This document shows positions 53,331-60,684 of a stretch of DNA of 64,000 nt, in pieces. The position numbers and the translations under genes are program-made. The notes under the pieces are model-generated. The model saw only the letters and a program-made list of their open reading frames with translations, was not told the DNA's origin and searched no databases. The stretch comes from Gammaproteobacteria bacterium. GTDB taxonomy: Bacteria; Pseudomonadota; Gammaproteobacteria; Steroidobacterales; PWYM01. Each line of letters opens with the position of its first letter. The first letter of the stretch is position 1. The stretch covers positions 175 through 64,174 of the forward strand of contig JAFIFN010000003.1 in NCBI GenBank assembly GCA_020832005.1. Reading direction: 5' to 3'.

Positions 53331-53885
53331 CGTCGTTGAGGCGAGCTCAAAAATGAACTTTATTATTCACCGGGGCTCGACGGGGAAGACGACAATGCAT
53401 CGCTCTGTGCGTCGTCAATGGCTGGCAGGATTGATTGCTGCGATGGCGCTGTTCGCGCAATCGGCCATGGCTGTGTGCTGTGGCCCCTTTGCACACGCAG
53501 ACGTCACCTCCGGCGACACCCATCCTGCGGATTGCCCGTCGCTGAATCAGAAGCCGGCATCGTCTCAGCAGGCTTCGACGGACGGGTTTTCTGACGAGCT
53601 ATGGGGTGGTGACAATTGCGTCCATTTGGCGCCGGCGTTGTGTATCGCGCACTCGCTGCCGCCTGTGTCCGCGTCCTACACCGCCGTGGTTGCGTTATCC
53701 TTCGATACGGGCCCTGACCATCTGCTCCTTCCTCGCGATACAACCCTGCAGGTATGGTCGCCCGGTCATGGCTTCCTCAGATCTAGGGCAGAGCGTGTCG
53801 CCTCTCCCGATGGACGGACCCTGTTTCTGACGACCCGGCGACTGCGCCTGTAGCGTAGCTGTCGCTCGGTTGGCGCAGGGCGCAT
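53280..53885 (+). repeat. Copy A of a ~600-bp diverged duplication (RND 3' end + leader + Cys-rich small gene + ~30 bp)
   Basis: Alignable by eye with 59902-60500. Shared parts are the RND tail (CTGCTTTTGCGTGAACACAAATTACTTGCC vs CTGTTGCGTAAATACAAACTGCTTGCC), the leader CCGGGGCTCGA(C/T)GGGGAAGACGACAATGCATC, the CDS, and TGTCGC(T/C)CGGT(T/C)GGCGCA after the stop. Confidence 0.75.
53395..53853 (+). CDS. Cys/His-rich exported small protein, uncharacterised (paralog 1)
   Basis: 152 aa. Signal peptide MHRSVRRQWLAGLIAAMALFAQSAMA, then VCCGPFAHA, HPADCPS, DNCVHLAPALC, VWSPGHGF. Basic tail DGRTLFLTTRRLRL. A paralog lies at 60014-60469 (~55-60% identity by my hand alignment). Confidence 0.65.
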   Translation: MHRSVRRQWLAGLIAAMALFAQSAMAVCCGPFAHADVTSGDTHPADCPSLNQKPASSQQASTDGFSDELWGGDNCVHLAPALCIAHSLPPVSASYTAVVALSFDTGPDHLLLPRDTTLQVWSPGHGFLRSRAERVASPDGRTLFLTTRRLRL

Positions 53886-54059
53886 CGGCGCCGTGCCGAC
53901 GCCGCAGGACTGGATTCCCCCTTTGGCATAACGCCTGAATTACACCTGCGTGCGCCAATCCCGCGACCTTCCGAGCGACCTTTTCCCCACGTTCGCCTGC
54001 GCTGCAGCGTTGACGAGCGAGTTGTGCTGTTGGCTTTTGCCATTTACTCGGAGAGTGAG

Positions 54060-54620
54060 ATGATGAAATACACACGGATACTGCTGGGCATGGCGGCGGT
54101 GGCGAGTACGCTCATGGTCGGTCAACTGACATGGGCGCATGCGTATGTGCACGTGACGGAGGTCTACGCCGGCTGGCGGCAGGATATCGAGATTCGTATT
54201 CCTCACGGTTGCTACGGGTCACCGACCAATTCCGTGCGTGTGCGGATTCCCGATGGCGTGGTCTCCGTCGTGATCGAACACAATCGCGACTGGAACATCG
54301 AGACTCGCATGCGCAAGTTGCCTGAACCGCGGCGCGGCGAAGGCGGAGTGTTGATCACCGAAACAGTCGACGAGATTATCTGGAGCGGAAACTCGTTGCC
54401 GGAAGGTCGCTTCGAGCGCTTCACCTTTCGGGCAGTAATGCCGAACGAGCCCGGTAGGATTCTTTGGTTCCGTACGATCCAGGCTTGTGACGAGGGAGAG
54501 CATCGTTGGGTCGATATTCCGGACGAGGGCGCCAATATCCTCGAGTTCCTGCGAAGCGCGCCCGAACCTGCGGCCTTCGTCAAGCTGGTGGATGCCGGCC
54601 GGCCCCAGTACGACTATTGA
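54060..54620 (+). CDS. ycnI: YcnI-family (DUF1775) periplasmic copper-binding protein
   Basis: Signal peptide ...GQLTWA followed by a mature N-terminal His (HAYVHV). IPHGC and W...I.W motifs are typical of YcnI-like proteins. SD GGAGAG. Immediately upstream of a copC-copD fusion, as in Bacillus ycnI/ycnJ. Confidence 0.78.
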   Translation: MMKYTRILLGMAAVASTLMVGQLTWAHAYVHVTEVYAGWRQDIEIRIPHGCYGSPTNSVRVRIPDGVVSVVIEHNRDWNIETRMRKLPEPRRGEGGVLITETVDEIIWSGNSLPEGRFERFTFRAVMPNEPGRILWFRTIQACDEGEHRWVDIPDEGANILEFLRSAPEPAAFVKLVDAGRPQYDY

Positions 54621-54633
54621 GGAGTCATTGGAG

Positions 54634-56256
54634 ATGAATCGACCTGGCGTTTTCATCACGATGTTGGTGGTCCTGGCTGCGGCATGGCTTGTCCCGGTGC
54701 AGGCTCAGGCGCATGCCGTGCTGCTTGGCTCCACACCCGCGGCTGAGCAGCAGCTCGAGCGCTCACCGCCGGAACTGATACTCAACTTCAACGAAAACGT
54801 CGGGCCGATCCATTTCCGCGTGCTTGATCTCGCTGGCGACGAGGTTGGCGACCCCGGCGAGATTAGAACTGAAGGCAATAATGTCCAGTTGCCGTTGAAT
54901 GCCACGCTTGAAAACGGAACCTATGTTGTCACCTGGCGGGTCGTATCGGCGGATACTCACCCGGTGGGCGGGTCCTATCTGTTCTCGGTGGGTGAACCAC
55001 TGGCTGCAGGCGCGCAGGTGGCCGTAGACGAGGCGAACGCATGGACTGCGGTCGTGTTCGTAAATCGCCTGGTGCTCTACGCCGTGGTATTGCTGGGCGT
55101 AGGGTCTGTCCTGGTCCTGAGGGTGCTCGAGCTGCCCGTGAAAGCCGCCATGCTGCTGCGCCGACAGATGCATGCCAGCGCCTTGATTGCGCTGGTGAGC
55201 TTTGTTGTCGCCATCGGTGCAGGCGGTGCGGAGATCCTCGCAGGAGGCCTCGGAGCCTTGTTCGACGGCGCATCCTGGCGGGCGGGGGCTGGCACCACGC
55301 TGGGAGGCAGCGCGCTGCTCGGCGTGCCCGGGGCGCTGCTGCTGGCCTGGGCGTCGCGAGCGTCGTTGCCGACGTCGATCTTCGCGGTCGCTGCGATCGG
55401 AGCCGCGCTTATGGTGCTGAGTTTCCTTCTGACAGGGCATGCAGCTACCGCTCAGCCGGTGTGGTTGATGGCGACCATGGTTGCAGTGCACGTGGTGTGC
55501 GCAGCACTGTGGTTCGCAGCGCTGCTGCCGCTGGCGGCGGTGCTGGGTGAGACGGCCCCGCGCAGATCTGCGGCGATCATGGACCAGTTCTCTCGCATCG
55601 CCGTGTGGAGTGTCGCGGCGCTGTTCATCAGCGGCTTCGTGATCAGCTGGGTTCAGGTGTCTGAACTGGGCCTGTTATTCACCACGGACTACGGTTTTCG
55701 CCTTGGCATCAAGGTGGCGTTGTTCCTGGTACTGCTGGGCCTTGCAGCGCGCAACAAGTCGCAACTGACGCCGCGCCTGGCGGCCGGTGCCGAACAGGCA
55801 CGCAAATCCCTGAAGAACGCGATTCGTATCGAGTACGGCCTGATCGTGCTGATTCTTGCTGCAGCGGTTTCGTTGACCCTGCCTGTCCCGCCGCGTGCGA
55901 TTGCCGAGCAGTCAGCGATGGAAGTGGATACCGGTACCGGCTATAGCGCAACCGCCGAGCAGCGCGGATATACCGCGCGCGTGGAGGTGACGCCGGCGCG
56001 TACCGGCGAGAACATGGTCATGGTCTATTTCACAGGCCCGGACGGCGAAACCTTCCGGATGGTGCGCGCAGCGATAAGAGCGAGCCTTCCGGCCGCCTCG
56101 ATCGAGGGGATCTACAAGGTGGGTCATGCCATGGGCGGGGGATATCACTTCGACTTCAACGAGTTCGTGATTCCAGGGGCCTGGGAGATGCGTGTTGAAG
56201 GTTTCGTTGATGACTTCGAAATGCTGCGGTTCGACGTGACCGTGCAGATTCGCTGA
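54634..56256 (+). CDS. CopC-CopD fusion protein (YcnJ-like) with C-terminal extracytoplasmic domain
   Basis: 540 aa. Signal peptide ...VQAQA, then a CopC domain starting with His (HAVLLGSTP...WRVVSADTHPVGGSY). Next comes a multi-TM CopD region, then a ~110-aa soluble C-terminal domain. This is the same tri-partite layout and size as I recall for B. subtilis YcnJ. Confidence 0.85.
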   Translation: MNRPGVFITMLVVLAAAWLVPVQAQAHAVLLGSTPAAEQQLERSPPELILNFNENVGPIHFRVLDLAGDEVGDPGEIRTEGNNVQLPLNATLENGTYVVTWRVVSADTHPVGGSYLFSVGEPLAAGAQVAVDEANAWTAVVFVNRLVLYAVVLLGVGSVLVLRVLELPVKAAMLLRRQMHASALIALVSFVVAIGAGGAEILAGGLGALFDGASWRAGAGTTLGGSALLGVPGALLLAWASRASLPTSIFAVAAIGAALMVLSFLLTGHAATAQPVWLMATMVAVHVVCAALWFAALLPLAAVLGETAPRRSAAIMDQFSRIAVWSVAALFISGFVISWVQVSELGLLFTTDYGFRLGIKVALFLVLLGLAARNKSQLTPRLAAGAEQARKSLKNAIRIEYGLIVLILAAAVSLTLPVPPRAIAEQSAMEVDTGTGYSATAEQRGYTARVEVTPARTGENMVMVYFTGPDGETFRMVRAAIRASLPAASIEGIYKVGHAMGGGYHFDFNEFVIPGAWEMRVEGFVDDFEMLRFDVTVQIR

Positions 56257-56267
56257 GGTCTGCATTG

Positions 56268-57683
56268 ATGGTCCTGCTGGTTGCGCGCAAGGAGCTTGCG
56301 ATCGTGTTGTCGGACGGCAGAATCCGAACGCTCGGCGCACTGCTTGCGGTGATGTTGCTGATGGCAATCGGGGCCGCCGTGCAACGCTTCGGGGTTATCT
56401 CCAGCGAGCGAGATATGGCACAGTCGCTGGTCGCCGAACAATGGGAGCAGCAGGGTGAGAAGAACCCTCACGCGGCGGCGCACTACGGCTTGTACGCATT
56501 TCGGCCAGTGGGTCCGCTGACGTTCTTTGATACCGGCGTAAGTTCTCACCAGGGGGTGTCGGTATGGCTGGAGGCACATCGTCGCAATTTCGCCGAAGCG
56601 CCCCCGGCGGCTGACCTTGGTAGCGTCGCGCGTTTTGGCGAAATGACCGGGGCCTTCGTGCTGCAGACGCTGCTGCCGCTGCTGGCAATTCTGCTCTGCT
56701 ACGCCGCGTTTGCCGGAGAACGCGAAAACGGCACGCTGCGTCAGGTCCTGGCCACAGGAGTTCGTCCATTGCAGCTGCTGTCCGGAAAGGCATTGGGCGC
56801 GCTGGGGGCGGTGATGGTGCTGTTGTTGCCCGTCGTGTTCCTGGCAGTGCTGGCGTTGCTGTTTTCAGAGTCGGCAATCTCGGTGCTGCCGCGTGTAGTT
56901 CTTCTGACCCTGGCTTACGTCGTGTACGCGGGGGTTTTCGTGATGCTGTCCCTGGGTGTTTCAGCGCGCGCGTCATCCACGCAGGCGGCACTGGTGATGC
57001 TGGTGGGGTTCTGGGCGATCACCAGCTTTGTCGTACCGCGCATTGTCGCAGATGCGGCATCCCTGCTCCGGCCGCTGCCGACGCTGGAGGAGTTTCGTCA
57101 GGGAGTCGAGCAGGATTTACAGACCGCACGTGATGGTCGCAGCGTTGATGAGGTGATCCGCGAGCGGCGCCAGCAGGTGTTGTCCCTGTACGGTGTGGCC
57201 TCGGAGGATGAGCTGCCGATCAACTTCCAGGGTATGGTGCTGGCCCTGCAGGAGGAGATCAGTGATGTGGCTTACGCACGGCAGTTTTCGCAGTTGCAGG
57301 CGCGGATTCACGCGCAGCTCGCATTGCATGACCTGGCCACGCTGTTGTCTCCAAGAATGGCCGTACAGCGTTTCTCTGCTGAACTCTCCGAGACCAGTCT
57401 GGATGCGCAACAGGCGTTCGAAGCCGAGGCCGAGGCCTACCGCCGCGAGTTCATCGCACTGCTGAATCGCGACATGACCTTCAGCGCGCGCGGCGGACAG
57501 GTCGACTATCGCGCCGGTGCTGAACTGTGGTCGCAGGTGGAATCGTTCGCGTATGGCGGCCGGGATACCAGCCGGGTGGCTGCAGCGGCGGCCCCGGGCG
57601 CTGTCCTGCTGCTGTTGTGGTTTGCAGGCACGGCGCTGTTCGCAGCGCTTGCCGTGCGTCGAACTGACCTGGCACTGCGATGA
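56268..57683 (+). CDS. ABC-2-type transporter permease with large extracytoplasmic/coiled regions (DUF3526-like as I recall)
   Basis: ~471 aa. N-terminal TM, a loop containing EKNPHAAAHYGLYAFRP, a cluster of TM helices around ERENGTL, then a long Glu/Arg/Gln-rich segment and a final TM. 11 bp after copCD. Confidence 0.72.
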   Translation: MVLLVARKELAIVLSDGRIRTLGALLAVMLLMAIGAAVQRFGVISSERDMAQSLVAEQWEQQGEKNPHAAAHYGLYAFRPVGPLTFFDTGVSSHQGVSVWLEAHRRNFAEAPPAADLGSVARFGEMTGAFVLQTLLPLLAILLCYAAFAGERENGTLRQVLATGVRPLQLLSGKALGALGAVMVLLLPVVFLAVLALLFSESAISVLPRVVLLTLAYVVYAGVFVMLSLGVSARASSTQAALVMLVGFWAITSFVVPRIVADAASLLRPLPTLEEFRQGVEQDLQTARDGRSVDEVIRERRQQVLSLYGVASEDELPINFQGMVLALQEEISDVAYARQFSQLQARIHAQLALHDLATLLSPRMAVQRFSAELSETSLDAQQAFEAEAEAYRREFIALLNRDMTFSARGGQVDYRAGAELWSQVESFAYGGRDTSRVAAAAAPGAVLLLLWFAGTALFAALAVRRTDLALR

Positions 57684-59086
57684 TGGTCGCGCGCGTATTG
57701 CGGCAGGACTGGGTGTTGCTGCGATCCAGCCCGGGGCTGTGGATTGCGCTTCTTCTACTGACAGGTGTCACGGCGCTTGCCGCAGCCGCTGGCCAGGCAC
57801 GGCTCGGTTTGCATGATGCAGCCGTCCAGAGCCGGATCGATACGGCCGAGCAGACGCACGTTGCTGTCATCCAGACCCTGCAGCGCTGGGAGCAGGCGGG
57901 CGATGCGGCTGCAGCACCGGCAGTGGCCAGTCCTGGTGCACTGGGGCTGTCAGTGCTTGAGACTCCAATGGCGCTGCCGGGCGTGCCACTCGCGGCCCTG
58001 GCTGCGGCCAGCGGACGGCCCCAGGCGGTGAGTGTGACCGCACATGCTGACTATCGAATGGAATCAATCGGCATTATAGAGAATGCGGCGAACCTCGCTC
58101 TGGGCGGATTCGACGTGATATTCGTCATCGTGTTCCTGATGCCGATCGTGATTATCGCGCTGACGTTCGATTTGCTTTCCCGGGAGCGTGAACTGGGCAC
58201 GCTGCCACTGGTAATCGCCCAGGGCGTATCGTTGCGGGACTTCGTGCTTGCCCGGGTGCTCGGCCGCGGTGTGCTGGTTCTTCTGGGCATGGCGACTGCG
58301 GGGCTGGTCGCCATCCTTGCGGTGGGAGGACCGGCCGCGCTCTGGCCCGACGGGCTTGTCTGGCTGCTGATAGCGGGACTCTACGGTGCTTTCTGGTTTG
58401 CGCTGGCGCTGTTCGTCAACACACTGCGTCTGGGCTCGGATCAGAACGGAGTCATTCTCGCCAGCTGCTGGCTGGTCCTGGTGGTCGTAATTCCCGCGCT
58501 GGTCAGTTTGCTGTCAGCGACGCTGTACCCGGCGCCCTCACGTGTACTGCTAACCACCGAGATCCGCGAGGCAGCGGCTGAAGCCGAGGAACGCGCGGCT
58601 GACGCACGCGAGGCGTTCCTGTTCGATCACCCGGAACTCGCGGGCGGCGCTGGGGCCCAGGAGGCCTATTTCAGGCAGGTGATGGAGACTGAGCGCGACG
58701 TTGCAGCTACCATTGCGCCGCTGCTCGAGTCCTTCGCGGATCAGGCCCACCAACGGGATGCGCTGGTCAATCGCCTGGCCGTGTTGTCGCCGGCGCTGCT
58801 GGCCGATCAGGCCCTGTTGAGCATTGCCGGAATGGATGAGGCGCGGGCGCGCGCATGGCGTGATGCTGTCGGCGAATTTCATGCTGCCTGGTCAGAGTTA
58901 TTTGCCGACCGTATTCGTCGCGAAGTACAGGTCACCAGTGCCGAGGTCGAAGCACTCCCGGTATTTGGCTTCAGTGAACCGGTAGGTCGTCACCTGCAAC
59001 TTGGACCCGGACTGGTGCTACTGATCATGAGCCTCGCACTGCTGATCACAGCCGTGGCCCGTCTGCGCCGCTACCCGATTACCTGA
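57680..59086 (+). CDS. Second ABC-2-type permease (paralogous architecture)
   Basis: 468 aa. Same layout as the previous gene (SRERELGTL motif, TM cluster, charged helical region, C-terminal TM). ATGA overlap with it. Confidence 0.72.
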   Translation: MMVARVLRQDWVLLRSSPGLWIALLLLTGVTALAAAAGQARLGLHDAAVQSRIDTAEQTHVAVIQTLQRWEQAGDAAAAPAVASPGALGLSVLETPMALPGVPLAALAAASGRPQAVSVTAHADYRMESIGIIENAANLALGGFDVIFVIVFLMPIVIIALTFDLLSRERELGTLPLVIAQGVSLRDFVLARVLGRGVLVLLGMATAGLVAILAVGGPAALWPDGLVWLLIAGLYGAFWFALALFVNTLRLGSDQNGVILASCWLVLVVVIPALVSLLSATLYPAPSRVLLTTEIREAAAEAEERAADAREAFLFDHPELAGGAGAQEAYFRQVMETERDVAATIAPLLESFADQAHQRDALVNRLAVLSPALLADQALLSIAGMDEARARAWRDAVGEFHAAWSELFADRIRREVQVTSAEVEALPVFGFSEPVGRHLQLGPGLVLLIMSLALLITAVARLRRYPIT

Positions 59087-59098
59087 AAGGGGATTTTT

Positions 59099-59797
59099 AT
59101 GCTGCAGACCCAGGACCTTTCGAAGAGCTACAACGGTCACGAGGCCCTCAAAGGTCTCAACCTGCAGGTCGCTCCGGGGGAAATTTACTGCCTGCTGGGG
59201 GCGAATGGTGCTGGCAAGACCACTACGATCAACCTGTTCCTTAGCTTTATTGAGCCCAGCGCCGGGTGCGCACTGGTCGACGGCATCGACGTGATGACCG
59301 ATCCTGTGGCAGCGCGCCACCGGCTGGCCTATATCCCGGAGCAGGTGATGCTCTACCGACAGCTGTCCGGGCTGGAGAACCTTGTCTATTTCAATCGGCT
59401 GTCTGGCAGGGATATGGCACCCGAGGGCTATCGTGAGGTGCTTCGGGACTGCGGTCTGCAGGCCGACGCCGTGGACCGCAAGCTCGGCACATACTCCAAG
59501 GGCATGCGTCAGAAGGTCGGCGTTGCGATTGCCGTGGCCAAGCAGGCGCGCGCCTTGCTGTTGGATGAACCCACGTCAGGCCTGGATCCCAAAGCCAGCA
59601 ACGAGTTTTCGCAGCTGCTGGTGCGCCTGCGCGAGCAGGGCGCAGCCATCCTAATGGCGACGCACGATTTGTTTCATGCCCGTCAAACGGCTACACGGAT
59701 CGGTATCATGTGCGAAGGGGTTCTGCGTCGGGAGTTGGTAGCCCACGAGGTCTCGCATGCGGACCTCGAGCGCATCTACCTGGAGCACATGAATTGA
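59099..59797 (+). CDS. ABC transporter ATP-binding protein (ABC-2/DrrA/NosF-like subfamily)
   Basis: 232 aa. Walker A GANGAGKTT, signature YSKGMRQK, Walker B LLLDEPTSGLD, H-loop ATHD. SD AAGGGG upstream. Confidence 0.9.
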   Translation: MLQTQDLSKSYNGHEALKGLNLQVAPGEIYCLLGANGAGKTTTINLFLSFIEPSAGCALVDGIDVMTDPVAARHRLAYIPEQVMLYRQLSGLENLVYFNRLSGRDMAPEGYREVLRDCGLQADAVDRKLGTYSKGMRQKVGVAIAVAKQARALLLDEPTSGLDPKASNEFSQLLVRLREQGAAILMATHDLFHARQTATRIGIMCEGVLRRELVAHEVSHADLERIYLEHMN

Positions 59798-59835
59798 TCA
59801 CCTTTACAAATATTATCCCGAAGAGTCCTCCACGG

Positions 59836-59949
59836 CCTTCATAGGTGGCCGATTCATAGGTGCCCAGCGTGGGCATGGGGCCGGGCCCGGCGAACGGCGG
59901 GCTGTTGCGTAAATACAAACTGCTTGCCTCCGTCGGACGGCTGGGGTAG
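59836..59949. pseudogene. Mosaic gene relics: 33-nt S9-peptidase fragment (antisense) plus ~48-nt 3' end of an HME-RND gene with its stop codon
   Basis: 59836-59868 matches 45664-45696 inside the S9 peptidase gene at 31 of 33 nt (encoding LGTYESATYEG vs LGTYESVTYEG). 59902-59949 translates to LLRKYKLLASVGRLG*, compared with the intact RND C-terminus LLREHKLLASARQLR*. Confidence 0.6.
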
Positions 59950-60500
59950 CTTGATCGACGCGAGCCCGATCAAGAACCTAACCGTCAGCCGGGGCTCGAT
60001 GGGGAAGACGACAATGCATCACTCCATGCGTCGTCAATGTCTGGTCGCGTTCATCGCCACGGTTGCGCTGTGCGCGCAGTCGGCGTTGGCACTTTGCTGT
60101 GGGCCCTTCGCACATGCCAGCGTTGCGCCAGACGACAATCATCCGCAGGACTGCCCGTCGCGTACGCACAGTGCATTGTCCGACCAGGCAACGGTGGACG
60201 GCTTGTCTGATGAGCTGACCGACGGCCACGACTGCGTTCATCTGATTCCCGCGTTATGCACGGCGTACTCATTGCCGCCGTTGTCTGCGGCCTGCAACAC
60301 TGTCGAAACTTCTTCCCCCGATCCCGGTGCAGAATATGGCCTTTTGCCGCGTGCGGCCGCCGCACCGGTATGGTCGCCAGGCCATGGGTTTCCCAGATCC
60401 AGGGCAGAGCATGCAAGGCCCGCCGATGGCAGGGCCCTGTTTCTTACAACCGGGCGTCTGCGTTTGTAGTGCAGGTGTCGCCCGGTCGGCGCACGGCGTA
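59902..60500 (+). repeat. Copy B of the ~600-bp diverged duplication
   Basis: See copy A (53280-53885). Confidence 0.75.
60014..60469 (+). CDS. Cys/His-rich exported small protein, uncharacterised (paralog 2)
   Basis: 151 aa. MHHSMRRQCLVAFIATVALCAQSALA, then LCCGPFAHA, HPQDCPS, HDCVHLIPALC, VWSPGHGF, DGRALFLTTGRLRL. Same leader/RBS sequence as paralog 1. Confidence 0.65.
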   Translation: MHHSMRRQCLVAFIATVALCAQSALALCCGPFAHASVAPDDNHPQDCPSRTHSALSDQATVDGLSDELTDGHDCVHLIPALCTAYSLPPLSAACNTVETSSPDPGAEYGLLPRAAAAPVWSPGHGFPRSRAEHARPADGRALFLTTGRLRL

Positions 60501-60684
60501 TTGATGCAAGTCGGTAAACTGCCTGCGATACATCGACCAGGTTCCCAGTGCATCACGCGATTGCGCCATCGTCCGGGTGGGATGTCTGCATCGTGAGCTC
60601 GGGCGTGACTGCCTGGAGCACACACAACGATGACCAAACAGCAGAATTTTTTTCAAGATACAGATCAAGCAAGGGAGAGTAGCG

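Noticed and set aside
60470-60684. Riboswitch (cobalamin) or Fur box upstream of the TonB-dependent receptor
   Set aside because: I found no B12-box-like GCCACTG core and no GATAATGATAATCATTATC-like 19-mer. Only a T7 run and loose CAAGAT/CAGATCAAG repeats are present.
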